A stretch of DNA of 64,000 bases from Eledone cirrhosa (GCA_964016885.1 OZ024748.1:54064001-54128000), one strand, 5' to 3'. Positions 1-14,177 are shown, counted from the first letter of the stretch. Notes: generated from the sequence alone by a model not told the origin. A program made the numbers and translations.

Positions 1-10
1 TATATATATT

Positions 11-118
11 CTGTTGAAATGTGTATACATTTTGGGTGGACACCCTATATATAGGGTGTCCCCCCCAAAATGTATACACATTTCAACAGCATTCTAATAA
101 ATATGTGTATACATTTTG
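11..118. mobile_element. Short Tc1/mariner-type MITE (partial) with an inverted duplicate of its left half across TATATATA
   Basis: AGGGTGTCCCCCCCAAAATGTATACACATTTCAACAG at 53-89 is mirrored by 11-46; same TIR as the complete copy at 29061-29138. Confidence 0.7.
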
Positions 119-672
119 TGTGTGTGTGTGAATGTATACATACATACACATATATATGTATATATGTGCGTGTGTACATACAGACAGAGTAAATCAGTTC
201 TAAATGTGCTATAATCTAACTAAAAGACAGGATGGTCACGTCTGGAGTGCCCTGTCGTTATAGGTAGGTTTACACTATCACGAGGGGCCTGGAGCTAAAC
301 AACAACAACAACAATATATACGTACATATATTTAAGAAAACATTCTGAGCTCTACATACACTCACGCTTCCCTTCAACATTATGACATGGCCAAAGTGCT
401 GATGGGAAAAAAAAATCTATCTGCCATGTCGTATATTCTTTACATAGCAGTGAGCCATTCTAGTGGAAGAAACGAAGAAGATATTATATATAGAGTATAT
501 CTGTGTATTTGGAGAATTTGGTGGGATTTTTTTGTAGTTTCTTTTTTTTTTTTTCTTTTTAAAATTATTTTCTTTATATTTTTTTGTATTTTGGTCATAT
601 CACGTGTTAGACATTCTGTCTGTCTTTCAGTCGATTTAGTTATTTATCTATCTATCTTTATCTATCTAGCAG

Positions 673-746
<74 letters not shown>

Positions 747-785
747 ATATCGGTCTAGCCATCTATCTCTTTTACTATCTCGCAA

Positions 786-832
786 ATAGCCGTCGAAACG
801 GCTTGAGCTCTGCCGTCGGGGACATACATTTT

Positions 833-834
<2 letters not shown>
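786..834 (+). mobile_element. Fragment of TA-inserted hairpin family A
   Basis: TAGCCGTCGAAACGGCTTGAGCTCTGCCGTCGGGG matches the forward arm at 21116-21150; abuts (TA)n. Confidence 0.7.
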
Positions 835-893
<59 letters not shown>

Positions 894-1239
894 AGAGAGA
901 GAGAGAGAGAGATGAAGGAGCTCTCACACACACATACACAAATATATAGATATGTAAACATGCTTCTATACATCTGTCAAGAATATCTGTTCGCCCTTTC
1001 CAATACATTACCTATCTCTTTAAGGTTCAAACCACACCACGGTATCGTTCTAGGGTCGATAAAATAAAATAGCAGTGAAAGTACTGGGGTCGATTTAATT
1101 GATTACTCCAGGCTGTTGGTTTTGTTCCTAGAAATCATACTTAATCTCTCCTTACATCTACCGACGTGTCTTTCTCTAACACCATTCCAAGTGTGTATTT
1201 ATGCCTATAAGTATATATTAGATATACAGAGAAAATCTT

Positions 1240-1311
1240 ATAAATGTATAATATATATATGTAACTTCACGTTACACTCCATGGATATATATACATATCT
1301 CTCTCTCTCTT

Positions 1312-1356
<45 letters not shown>

Positions 1357-1477
1357 CTATACAAATATATATATATATATATACATTTATATTTATACAA
1401 ATATATATATATATATACATATATATATACAAAAATATATACATATATGTATCTATACAAATATATATATATACATT

Positions 1478-1508
<31 letters not shown>

Positions 1509-1588
1509 GTTATATATATGTTATATATATATGTATATATATATATTTGTATAGATATATATATACATTTATATATATATCTATACAA

Positions 1589-1621
<33 letters not shown>

Positions 1622-2080
1622 CAAATATATACATATATATATATCTATACAATATATACATATATATATCTATACAAATATATACATATATATATATATA
1701 TATACATATATATATCTATACAAATATTTACATATATATATATATAAATATATCTCTACAAATATGTACATATATATATATATATATATATAAATATATC
1801 TCTACAAATATGTACATATATATATATACAAATATATATATATTTAAAATTTAAACAAGGTTCAATGAATAAATCTAAGAATGACTGAATCTTAACCATC
1901 TAGTATGTCAGGGTATGTCATGCATCATCTTATTTTATCTGATGAGGTCGTACTGTTGAACTTAACTCAGTACCTCTGAAATATTTATAATAAAATATAC
2001 TTGATCACAAGAATATCTATTTTGTTAATATTTTGAATTAATACAAATATATATATATGTATATATATATATATATGCAA

Positions 2081-2114
<34 letters not shown>

Positions 2115-2120
2115 ATATAT

Positions 2121-2169
<49 letters not shown>

Positions 2170-2175
2170 AATATA

Positions 2176-2213
<38 letters not shown>

Positions 2214-2637
2214 CAAATATATATATATATATGTATATATACAAATATATATATATATTTGTATATATACATATATATATATATTTGTATATATATTTGT
2301 ATATATATATATATATATACAAATATATATATATATATGTGTATATATACAAATATATATATATATGTATATATATACAAAAATATATATATGTATATAT
2401 ATATAAATATATATATATATGTATATATACAAATATATATATATATATGCAAATATATGTGTATATATACAAATATATATATATATATATATGCAAATAT
2501 ATATATATACAAATATATATATATATATATATACAAATTTATATATACAAATACATATATATATATATATACAAATATTTACATTATATATATATACATA
2601 TACACAAATATATACATATATATATATATGTATATAT

Positions 2638-2683
<46 letters not shown>

Positions 2684-2720
2684 TTACATACATATACACA
2701 CACAGACACACACACATGCA
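1240..2720. repeat. (TA)n-based compound microsatellite with TACAAA interruptions
   Basis: Directly visible; source of the YI-repeat pseudo-ORFs. Confidence 0.95.
1931..1997 (+). ncRNA. Type I hammerhead ribozyme motif (Penelope pLTR-like)
   Basis: Stem I TATTTTAT/ATAAAATA, CTGATGA 1939-1945, stem II GTACTG/CAGTAC (imperfect base), GAAAT-attt-ATA cleavage triplet at 1987-1989. Confidence 0.7.
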
Positions 2721-2894
2721 AGTCACTTTAAAGTACTGGTACCACAACATCCTGGCATGTTGGCAAGGGACATATTTGAGTTCTACAGTTGGTTGTCCAT
2801 ATATTTTCCAGGGTTATACCAACAGTTTATTTCATACTATAACAAGAGTCATTTCTCTTCTTTTCACAATTACAAAAATAAATTGTGAATTATC

Positions 2895-3420
2895 TATAGA
2901 TATAGATATGTATTTATATATAGATATATAAATATATAGATATACAGATATGTATTTATATATAGATATATAAATATATAGATATATAGATATGTATTTA
3001 TATATAGATATATAAATATATAGATATATAGATATGTATTTATATATAGATATATAAATATATAGATATATAGATATGTATTTATATATAGATATATAAA
3101 TATATAGATATAGATAGATATATAGATATGTATTTATATATAGATATATAAATATATAGATATAGATAGATATATAGATATGTATTTATATATAGATATA
3201 TAAATATATAGATATAGATAGATATATAGATATGTATTTATATATAGATATATAAATATATAGATATAGATAGATATATAGATATGTATTTATATATAGA
3301 TATATAAATATATAGATATAGATAGATATATAGATATGTATTTATATATAGATATATAAATATATAGATATAGATAGATATATAGATATGTATTTATATA
3401 TAGATATGTATTTATTTATA
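2895..3420. repeat. AT-rich minisatellite, 38-48 bp units (TATAGATATGTATTTATATATAGATATATAAATATATAGA)
   Basis: About 11 tandem units visible. Confidence 0.9.
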
Positions 3421-3625
3421 AATATACATATATATATGTGTATTTATATATTTACACAGATACAGATACATATTTATATGTATTTATATATAGATATGTA
3501 TTTATTTATAGATATACATATATATGTGTATTTATATATTTACACATAGATACAGATACATATTTATATGTATTTATATGTTTATTAATATATAGAGAGA
3601 GATTTTTTTTTCTGTTATATATATA

Positions 3626-3661
<36 letters not shown>

Positions 3662-3800
3662 AGGATGAAGTTTTGTTCCTATCTATTTAGATTTGCATTG
3701 TGTATCGACCTGCTACGGGTGTTTCACACAGGATTGGCTCAGGATCACTCCTAAGAGTTATGAACCTGGCTCCATAATCAATCAGATCTTCAGACTGATG
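3662..3800 (-). mobile_element. Hammerhead-like family F element (CTGAAGA...GAAAC-accc-GTA)
   Basis: Reverse complement aligns with 50990-51130 (CTGAAGA, CATAACT, CCTGAGCCAAT, GAAAC, AGGTCGATACACA). Confidence 0.55.
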
Positions 3801-3897
3801 TAACAAAAATTGCAATTTTTTGTTGTGTTCATCGAGTGATTCTTTTGCTACCACTACCAATAATTCACTGAATCACTTTCACTGTACTGTATGTGTG

Positions 3898-3932
<35 letters not shown>

Positions 3933-3942
3933 ATATATATAA

Positions 3943-4126
3943 GTGCAATGTCCTTTGGGAGCCCCTACATGGACACACTAGAAGAGGAAGACCAAGGTTA
4001 ACATATGTTGATGCCCTAAGGACAGACACTGGTCTGTTGGAGACGCAGGACATGGCAGCGATAATGAGGGACAGAGACCGCTGGAGAGAACTCGTCCATG
4101 GATCTCGGGAATTTTACCCGCCTTAG
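3943..4126 (+). mobile_element. 3' fragment of RTE-clade LINE inside TA/TG microsatellite
   Basis: Translates LWEPLHGHTRRGRPRLTYVD...DRDRWRELV, the RTE C-terminal GRP and DR..WR motifs; near-identical to 25985-26155. Confidence 0.85.
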
Positions 4127-4174
4127 ATATATATATATATATAAGTGTGTGTGTGTATATATATATATATATAG

Positions 4175-4205
<31 letters not shown>

Positions 4206-4263
4206 AGTGTGTGTATATATATATATATATAAGTGTGTGTGTATATATATATGTGTGTGTGTG

Positions 4264-4324
<61 letters not shown>

Positions 4325-4997
4325 ATATATATATGTGTGTGTGTGTATATATATATAAGTGTGTGTGTGTGTATATATATATATATAAGTATCTGTGTGT
4401 GTGTATATATATATATAAGTATGTGTGTGTGTGTGTATCTATATATATATAAGTATGTGTGTGTGTGTGTATATATATATATAAGTATCTGTGTGTGTGT
4501 ATATATATATATATAAGTATCTGTGTGTGTGTGTATATATATATATATGTGTGTGTGTGTGTATCTATATATATATATAAGTATGTGTGTGTGTGTGTAT
4601 ATATATATAAGTATCTGTGTGTGTGTATATATATATATAAGTATCTGTGTGTGTGTATATATATATATATATGTGTGTGTGTGCATATATATATAAGTAT
4701 CTGTGTGTGTGTATATATAAATATATATACATATATATGTGTGTGTGTATAATAATAATAAAAATAATAATAATAATGGTAACCTACATTAAAAAGAGAG
4801 CTCAATGCATCAGTGAAAAGAAGATTAATTCCCAGTTGACATGAGACCAGTGAGACACTGGGGAAATGTACTTTCACATTCTTGAATAAAATATAATACC
4901 ACCATTGTTTATGTATTGAGTACATTTCCATATAAAACTTGGCACTCTAATTAGTACTATAGATATGTAGAATTATATATAGTTATGCAAGCATATA

Positions 4998-5140
4998 CGT
5001 GTGAGTTCCAGGTTCCATCAGGGGTAACCACAGTAAGTAGAGCACTCAATACATTTGGAGAGTGTATATAACAAATTTAATATAGAAATGGCTTCTATAT
5101 GACTAGTACTGTTTCATTCGAAGGAAATCATCAGGAATAT
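4998..5140 (-). mobile_element. Family B mini-element: hammerhead-like core plus stem-loop tail
   Basis: Minus strand reads CTGATGA-tttccttcgaat-GAAAC-agtacta-GTC, then tail CACTC-12nt-GAGTGC. Confidence 0.7.
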
Positions 5141-5190
5141 AGTATATACATACATATATATGTATATATTTGTATTTATATATATACATT

Positions 5191-5256
<66 letters not shown>

Positions 5257-5339
5257 CACATATATATATGTATATATATACATTCACATATATATATATG
5301 TATATACATATATGATGATGATGATACATACATTTATAT

Positions 5340-5510
5340 ATCATCATCATCGTCATTTTACATCCACTTTTCCCTGCTTGCAAGGGTGGGACGGGAACTG
5401 ATTCTGGCTTGATCTCTACAGCTGGATGCCCTTCCTAACACCAACCTCATTTTACAGTGAGTGCTGGGTGCTTTTTTGCCGTGGCACCTCCACGACGACC
5501 ACTTTGCAGT
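5340..5510 (-). mobile_element. V-domain-like SINE 3' part (other copies 5983-6140, 8960-9070, 11478-11634, 11912-12075, 13745-13807)
   Basis: Minus strand GGTTGGTGTTAGGAAGGGCATCCAGC, resembling the V-SINE domain from memory, and a tail ending in (GAT)n; multiple copies in window. Confidence 0.7.
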
Positions 5511-5544
5511 GGAATGATATGAACCCCAGTCCCTATCATTTCCT

Positions 5545-5682
5545 TTCTACAGCTGAGTAAACTGGAGCAATGTGAAATAAAGTGTCTTGCTCAAGGAAAC
5601 AACACATCACCCGGTCTGAGAATTGAACTCACAACCTTTCGATTGCAAGGCCAATGCTCTAACCACTAAGCCATGTGCCTCC
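5545..5682 (-). mobile_element. tRNA-derived CORE-like SINE 5' part (also 14775-15021 minus, 33025-33131 plus)
   Basis: A box TGGCTTAGTGG, B box GAGTTCAATTC, then CCTTGAGCAAGACACTTTATTTCACATTGCTCCAG CORE-like block. Confidence 0.75.
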
Positions 5683-5714
5683 ATATATATATATACATTT
5701 ATTGTGGTGCTCTT

Positions 5715-5860
5715 CGACAATGTGTGTACCAGTTGATTGTGAAATTAACCTGCAAGTGGCTGAGCATTCTACAAATACAACTAATCTTTAAATGATTGTC
5801 AGAGAGCTTCAACATGACATGAGTGGAGATGTGGTAGGCTCCTTCTGTGACAGGTATAAC
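5715..5860 (-). mobile_element. Interspersed repeat, probably body/3' part of the CORE-like SINE (also 20150-20222, 24710-24885, 36165-36380, 40240-40402, 53630-53745)
   Basis: Shared GAAATTAAC..GCAAGTGGCTGAG..CTCAGGGAGATTCAG; contiguous with the CORE-like block at 36345-36380. Confidence 0.65.
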
Positions 5861-6123
5861 TCCACTTTACCAGCAGAGGAGACAAGAGCAACATCAAATG
5901 CAATATTTTGCAGTAAATATCCTAGGGACCACCAAGAATTGGACAAACGAACCCCAAATACACATAGCTACACTATGGATGTCATCATCATCGTTTAACG
6001 TCCATCTTCCACGCTTGCATGGGTTTGGACGGGAGTTTTCCCACTTGAGGCAAGAGTGGTTGTCCTGCTCGTATAGGACTGTCTGGCGGGTTTTCTACGG
6101 CTGGATGCCCTTCCTAACACCAA

Positions 6124-6912
6124 CCACATTTACAGTGTGGACTGGGAGGTTTTTACCGTGTTACCTACACGGCCACATTACAGCGTGGATTGGGAGGTTT
6201 TTACCGTGTTACCTACACGGCCACATTACAATGTGGACTGGGAGGTTTTTACCGTGTTACCTACACGGCCACATTACAGTGTGGACTGAGAGGTTTTTAC
6301 AGTGTTACCTACACAGCCACATTACAATGTGGACTGGGAGGTTTTTACCGTGTTACCTACATAGCCACATTACAATGTGGACTGGGAGGTTTTTACCGTG
6401 TTACCTACATAGCCACATTACAGCGTGGACTGGGAGGTTTTTACCGTGTTACCTACATAGCCACATTACAGCGTGGACTGGGAGGTTTTTACCGTGTTAC
6501 CTACACGGCCACATTACAGCGTGGACTGGGAGGTTTTTACTGTGTTACCTACACGGCCACATTACAGCGTGGACTGGGAGGTTTTTACAGTGTTACCTAC
6601 ACAGCCACATTACAGCGTGGACTGGGAGGTTTTTACTGTGTTACCTACACGGCCACATTACAGTGTGGACTGGGAGGTTTTTACCATGTTACCTACACAG
6701 CCACATTACAGCGTGGACTGGGAGGTTTTTACTGTGTTACCTACACGGCCACATTACAGTGTGGACTGGGAGGTTTTTACCGTGTTACCTACACGGCCAC
6801 ATTACAGCGTGGACTGGGAGGTTTTTACCGTGTTACCTACACGGCCACATTACAGCGTGGACTGGGAGGTTTTTACCGTGTTACCTACACGGCCACATTA
6901 CAGTGTGGACTG
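6124..6912. repeat. 48-bp minisatellite (~16 copies) amplified from a SINE interior
   Basis: Unit GGCCACATTACAGYGTGGACTGGGAGGTTTTTACCGTGTTACCTACAC; begins right after the SINE segment GGATGCCCTTCCTAACACCAACC. Confidence 0.95.
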
Positions 6913-7100
6913 TGTGATTTTTTTTGTCGTGACACCTACACGCCCTCATTTCGGACTGGATGTTGTGGTACCAACATAACTTTACATTTAAGGATGTATA
7001 TATATATATGTGTGTGTGTATATATATATGTATATATATGTATATATATGTATATATCCATAGTGTAGTCATATCCTTGTATTATTATATTTACACTCTG

Positions 7101-7282
7101 TGGATTGGCAGTATCGGTAGAGGGTCGGACGCCATGCTTTCCAGCATAGTTATGTCCCTTTACGATCTGAGTTCAAATCCTGCCGAGGTTGACTTTGCTT
7201 TTCATCCTTACGGGGTCGATAGAATAAAGTACCAGTAATGTACTGGATAATTGCTGGCCTTGTGCCTAAAGTAGAAACAATT
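7101..7282 (+). mobile_element. tRNA-derived SINE (Meta/MESC-like central domain) with 18-bp TSD
   Basis: A box TGGCAGTATCGG, B box GAGTTCAAATCC, CTTTCATCCTTACGGGGTCGAT..AAGTACCAG; TSD ATTATATTTACACTCTGT at 7084-7101 and 7280-7297. Confidence 0.9.
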
Positions 7283-7602
7283 ATATTTACACTCTGTTAA
7301 CTCTACACCTCGTGAAACTAAACTTCGAGTGCTCACCTGGGTGAACCAACAGTAACTTCACGTTATACTCCCTAGATATATATATATACATATATATAAT
7401 TATCCATACACACATGTATATATCTATATATATATATATAATTATCCATACACACATGTATATATATATATATATATACATATATACATTTACATATATA
7501 TATATGTTACTATATATACATTTATCCAGATGGCCTCCAAAAATAATGGTCGCATTTTAAAAGGGTACGTCAAAGCTTATTTGTAAAACTGTTATATATT
7601 GT

Positions 7603-7665
7603 ATTTTGTCTGATGAAGGCATACCATAATTTAATTTGGTATCCCTGAAATATGTATAATGAAAT
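7603..7665 (+). ncRNA. Type I hammerhead ribozyme motif
   Basis: ATTTTGT-CTGATGA-aggcatacca..tggtatccct-GAAAT-atgt-ATA-ATGAAAT; stem I pairs with two G.U. Confidence 0.75.
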
Positions 7666-7750
7666 AAATATGGTTTTATATATATAGTTTCCATTTATTA
7701 ATATCGTATATATATATATATCCAGGGGGTGTTTCTTATAGTAATTTAAA

Positions 7751-7846
7751 GGGTCCGTTGAGCTGCTGATCATTGAGTCGGGTAAGATTGATACAGATCG
7801 AACCTTGAGCTGATCAGTGGCGAAACGCGCGTCACCTGCCAATAAA
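7751..7846 (+). ncRNA. Degenerate hammerhead motif with long stem II, followed by AATAAA
   Basis: CCGTTGA (variant core), 11-bp stem GCTGCTGATCA/TGATCAGTGGC, GAAAC-GCGC-GTC with palindromic loop III, GGGT/ACCT stem I. Confidence 0.55.
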
Positions 7847-7981
7847 TGTAATGAAGGAGTAACCAATCGTCCTTGTCATCCTTTCTATATATATATATAT
7901 ATGTAGATATATACATTTACATATATATATATATATATACGATATTAAATAAATGGAAACTATATTTATAAAACCATATTT

Positions 7982-8045
7982 ATTTCATTATATATATTTC
8001 AGGGATATCATATTAACAATATGTTATGCCTTCTTCAGACAAAAT
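7982..8045 (-). ncRNA. Type I hammerhead motif, inverted paralogue of 7603-7665
   Basis: Minus strand ATTTTGT-CTGAAGA-aggcata..tatccct-GAAAT-atat-ATA-ATGAAAT. Confidence 0.75.
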
Positions 8046-8690
8046 ACAATATAGACAGTTTTATAAATAAATAGATTTGACATACCGTTCAACATCGACT
8101 TGTATTTGAAAAGTTGATTTGGCATACTCCAAATACTTGTTGAGTGCTTTTATATCAGTTATAAATATTTACTAGTTGTAACCCAACAATTTAAATATAA
8201 CTTTCCATGTATATATATATATATATTTATACAAGTACATGTATACATATATATATTTATACATTTATATATATATATATTTATACATTTACATATATAT
8301 ATATATTTATACAATTACATGTATACATATATATATATATAAATTACATTAATGTATACACACATATATATATTACATGTATACATATATATATATATAT
8401 AAATTACATTAATGTATACACATATATATATATTACATGTATACATATATATATATATAAATTATATTAATGTATACACATATATATATATATTACATGT
8501 ACAAGTATACCCAGCCATACCTATGTTTCTATAGTAAGGTAAAAATGCATTCAAATGTATGTAAATGTCCACATTAGCTATATATATATGTTGACACATG
8601 CTGAAATATATTATATACATACATGTGTACATTACAACTGTCATATATACATAAATATATTTTACATATATACAAAGTAATGTCTCTCTC

Positions 8691-8807
<117 letters not shown>

Positions 8808-8901
8808 ATGGATAATTGTGTGTGTATATATATATATATACATAAGCATATATATATATATATATACACATATACATATATACATATATATATATATACA
8901 C

Positions 8902-8932
<31 letters not shown>

Positions 8933-8957
8933 CATATATATATATACACATATATAT

Positions 8958-8988
<31 letters not shown>

Positions 8989-9214
8989 GGTTTAGCGTCC
9001 GTGTTCCACGCTTGCATGGGTTTGGACGTGGGGTTTTCCCACTTGAGGCAAGAGTGGTTGTCTTGCTCGCAATATATATATATATACATATATGTATATA
9101 TATATATATATATACACATATATATATACACATATATATATACACATATATATATATATATACACACATATATATATATATACACATATACATATATATA
9201 TGTAGTAATAATAA

Positions 9215-9350
9215 TAAATTTGAAGACTAAAGTCCAAAGAGAGCTCGATAAGGATAAATATATATCAAATATATAAGAACCTTCAGAAGATCCTGTTAAA
9301 GGTGAAAGCAGCGATTCTTTGCTCAAACTTTAATCTGTTATTTTAATAAA
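9215..9350 (+). mobile_element. Possible degenerate 3' end of a Penelope-like element
   Basis: [13 protein letters not shown]..stop loosely resembles the PLE C-terminal LxTxxPxGLN; followed by CAGAAGA-tcct..agg-t-GAAA and AATAAA. Confidence 0.35.
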
Positions 9351-9353
9351 TAA

Positions 9354-9396
<43 letters not shown>

Positions 9397-9414
9397 CATT
9401 TATATATATATATA

Positions 9415-9450
<36 letters not shown>

Positions 9451-9963
9451 CATATATATATATTTATATATATGCATATATATATACATACATACATAGA
9501 TTTCTCAGAGAGTGTATGTATTTTGATATGTATGTTTATATATATATTATGCATACAGATAAATTACACATAAACACAGCAACATATATATATATATGTG
9601 TGTGTGTTGTGTGTAAAAGTAGATGTATATATATACTTAAAATATTACATACTTGTTTGATTTGAGGATTATATAGGGAAGACATGAAGTTAAGTGTGGT
9701 ATATAAATCATATCCCGTATATATATATATATATATATACTATAGATATATTATTGCATGTATTTAATGACATATACTTCTGCTTGTACAGCTATATATC
9801 ATGCTGCTTTCCTTCTAATATATACATTTATGTGTGTGTGTGTGTATATATATATATACTGTATAAATTTATGTCTGAATATATCATGCAGTTTATATAC
9901 ATATAAGTTTATGTGTGTTTATATATATATATGTGTATGAATAAGGATGTTCATGATATTTAT

Positions 9964-10031
<68 letters not shown>

Positions 10032-10062
10032 TCACATATATATACACGTATATACCTACATA

Positions 10063-10133
<71 letters not shown>

Positions 10134-10252
10134 ACACTCATATATATATACACATATACATATGTATGAATAATGATGTTCATAATATATATATATATAT
10201 ATACATATATATATGTATATATACATATACATATGTATATATATATATGTAT

Positions 10253-10321
<69 letters not shown>

Positions 10322-10328
10322 CAGTATA

Positions 10329-10387
<59 letters not shown>

Positions 10388-10464
10388 TGTGGTACTTCAT
10401 ATAATTTCTTGGAATTTGACCAATAACTTGCAAGTAAAATTTTGTACATGGAATAGATTATATA

Positions 10465-10534
<70 letters not shown>

Positions 10535-10901
10535 ATGTATTTATGTTTATATATATGCACATAATTATGTTTTTATATATATGTCTCTACTTATATATCT
10601 ATGTATGTATATTGATTTATATACATACATAGATATATACACATTTATATACACATAAGTATATATATAAATATATGCTTATATATGTATATAAAAACAT
10701 AAGTATATATATATACATATATGTATATGAATATATTGATATACATCCACACACACACATGTGTATATATATACAATCAATATGTGTATACATGTGTCTC
10801 ATAGTCTCGTTCTTCACTCTAAGCTGATTAACTTCTGAGCTATTATTGTTTTATAAATTGTACCAATTCATCTACACTTCAAAATACTAATCTGCAAACA
10901 C

Positions 10902-11378
10902 TTCCTTCTTCTTCTTCTTTGCCCTCTTCTTCTTCCTCTTCTTCTTCTTCTTTGCCTTCTTTGCCTTCTTCCTCTTCTTCTTCTTTGCCTTCTTCCTCTT
11001 CTTCTTCTTTGCCTTCTTCTTCTTTGCCTTCTTCCTCTTCTTTGCCTTCTTCTTCTTTGCCTTCTTCCTCTTCTTTGCCTTCTTCTTCTTTGCCTTCTTC
11101 TTCTTTGCCTTCTTCTTCTTCTTTGCCTTCTTCTTCTTCTTCTTTGCCTTCTTCTTCTTCTTCTTCTTCTTCTTCTTCTTCTTCTTCTTCTTCTTCTTCT
11201 TCTTCTTCTTCTTTTTTGCCTTCTTCCTCCCTTTCTTCTTCTTTGCCTCCTTCTTCCTCCCTTTCTTCTTATTCCTTTTCTTCTCCTTCCTATTCTCCTT
11301 CTTTTTCTTCTTCCTTTTCTCCTTCCTTTTCTCCCTCCTTTTATTCTTCTTTTTCTTATTTTTCTTCTTCTTCTTGCT
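10902..11378. repeat. (CTT)n microsatellite with CTTTGC interruptions
   Basis: Directly visible; source of poly-R/poly-S pseudo-ORFs. Confidence 0.95.
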
Positions 11379-11649
11379 TCACTTAAAAGAACGTCCATAT
11401 ATCCCAAGTATTGAGTACTCTGCTGAATAATGGCCTTTCTAGTTTAAAAACTGATTATATTCTTATATATATGTAAATGGGATTGACGTTAGGAAGGGCA
11501 TCCAGCCATAGAATACCAGCCCGACATAGTCCTATATGAGACTTGGGCACCCGACCCAACTTGCCTCTAAATGAGACAAACCCGTCTAACTCATGCTAGC
11601 GTGGAAGATACACGTTAAACGATGATGATGATGATATATATATGTATTT

Positions 11650-11715
11650 ATTAGGTCGTTAAGTATGAAATTTGTAGAAAAAAAACAAATTTCTACAAAT
11701 TTCATACTTCACAAC

Positions 11716-11720
<5 letters not shown>
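11650..11720. mobile_element. Small palindromic MITE-like element
   Basis: AAGTATGAAATTTGTAGAAA / TTTCTACAAATTTCATACTT inverted arms; ATTAGGTCG..CAACCCAAT ends next to TA. Confidence 0.5.
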
Positions 11721-11770
<50 letters not shown>

Positions 11771-12208
11771 CGAAAGACTTGTGGTAAGAAACCAGATGGA
11801 CAATAACGCACCAGAGTACTCACTACTTATATATATATATATTTGTGTGTGTGTGTGTCTGTCTATATATATAATTATTTATCAGCATTATACATATATA
11901 TATTTATTTCTTCATCATTTTTACGTCCATTTTCCATGCTGTCATGATTTTGATGGGTTGACAGATCAGACAGGTCAGTATGACCCGTCTTTCTCATAAC
12001 TTCCAGATTTGACAGAGTTTCTACAGCTTGATGCCCTTCCTAACACCAACCAGCTTATAGTGTGTACTGGGTTCTTTTCATTTTCACCAAAAAATATCTA
12101 TACCAATATGTGTAAATTACTATAAACATCTTTCCACTTGCCATGGTCATTTAGTTTTTATCAACCCTCAGCTAGTCTACAGGCTTCTCCATTTTCTATG
12201 TTCATATA

Positions 12209-12394
12209 ATTGTTTCTACTTTTGGCACAAGGCCAGCAATTACCCAGTGCATTACTGGTACTTTATTTTATCGACCCCGTATGGATGAAAGGCAAAGTCA
12301 ACCTCGGCGGGATTTGAACTCAGATCGTAAAGGGACGTAACTATGCTGGAAATCATGGCGTCCGACCCTCTACCGATACTGCCAATCCACCGCC
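12209..12394 (-). mobile_element. Meta/MESC-like tRNA SINE, full length, 14-bp TSD
   Basis: Reverse complement of 7101-7282; TSD TATGTTCATATAAT at 12197-12210 and 12399-12412. Confidence 0.9.
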
Positions 12395-12545
12395 TATATA
12401 TGTTCATATAATGTTCAGGTGACACATTTCAGTGTTTTCTTTTCCCTATAAACCTTATTCAGAGTCACAGATATGCAATACTAGCAATACATTGAATATT
12501 TTCTGTTTATAAATCAAATATTCACCTTCCTTTTGAAATCATTAA

Positions 12546-12753
12546 CCCTTTAGTATTTACATTACTCTGTATTTACTTTTGTATTTTTGTGGTAAAGGCT
12601 TTACCTGACATAATTATCTCACTTAATACCAAATCTATGAGATTTTGATATTATTTATTTTGAGAACAATACCTTAACATCAGTATGAGTTAGTTTGAAC
12701 AGGAAGAGGTGAGAGAATTCTGACCGATTATGGCCAGTTTAAATGCTAAATAG
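12546..12753. mobile_element. piggyBac-type MITE (diverged copy)
   Basis: TTAA-CCCTTTAG start, TTAA end; interior aligns with 16402-16610. Confidence 0.7.
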
Positions 12754-13251
12754 TTAAAAGATTTATAATATGCCAACATAAAAGTATAACCAAAAGATAT
12801 TGTGTGTATGTGTGTATGTATGTGTATGTGGCTGGCTGAACATGTCTTTATGTGTATGTATGTCTGTTTATGTGTATGAGGCTGATTGAACACACACAAT
12901 TTTTTCCATTCCTTCCTCTTCTCATTCTCCTCTATCTATCTTTCTATTTCCTCTTTTATTTTTCATTCTAGTTTCTGATGAAGGACTAGTGTCCAAAACG
13001 TTAAGGCTCTCTTCCTATTAAATCAAGCATTGAACTAATATATATTCTCATTTTACCCTATCATTTGCCACTTTTTTTCTGCTTACGTTTCACATACATT
13101 CATACACACACAGACACTCACACATATATGCATATATAAATATATAAACTCCCATGCACACACACATACATATGTATATATGTACATATAAATATATAAA
13201 CTCATGTGCACACACTCACACACATATATATATATGTACGTACACACATCT

Positions 13252-13350
<99 letters not shown>

Positions 13351-13972
13351 TAGGTTTCTATATACCTATCTTGTTCTCTATCTCTATGTATATCTTTGAA
13401 ATGTGTCATGTATTTTAGTATGAGGTCAACCATTATGAAGCAATGCTATGGTTAATAACAGCCCAGTCTTGACAACCTTATCTTATTTTCAAATAAACTA
13501 TATCCATCACTACATTATCCAATGTATCTTACCTTTATTTTAAGACAGCACAGTGTGATTTGAATGACAATTCTGCAGCTATTTTTGAACGGAGCCATTA
13601 GACCATCAAACAAAATGTCTTGCTACTTCTAACGTTTGTTTTGGCTTCTTTGCATTCTGATTTCAAATCCTGTTTAGTTCAACTTTGCTAGTCATCTTTG
13701 GGGGATTTATATATATATTTATATATATATATAAATATATAAGCCAGAGTCAGTTCCTGTCCCACCCTTGCAAGCGGGGAAAAGTGGACGTAAAATGAAA
13801 TGATGATATAGGGTTTATATATATATATAAACATGTGGGATTGGTGGATATTTATACATAAACATGTGGGATTGATATACTAACATGTGAGGTTACCTGT
13901 CGAGTGCTTTGAATCAGTTATAAATATTTATATTTGTTGAATTACCAACAAATTGAATATCCCTTCTGCTTA

Positions 13973-14098
<126 letters not shown>

Positions 14099-14177
14099 TG
14101 TGGGGATTGATATATAAAGTACCAATGAAAGGCAGTTTGCTGGAAATTTTATTTAAAATTCTACCATGGTTTACTTG

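Noticed and set aside
2737-2752. 16-bp match (TGGTACCACAACATCC) to the reverse complement of 6958-6973
   Set aside because: Too short to assign; flanks do not extend the match
5847-7068. 356-aa and 292-aa repeat ORFs
   Set aside because: Produced by a SINE-derived 48-bp minisatellite open in all three forward frames
7101-7200. tRNA gene
   Set aside because: A and B boxes present but no cloverleaf; it is the head of a multi-copy SINE with TSDs
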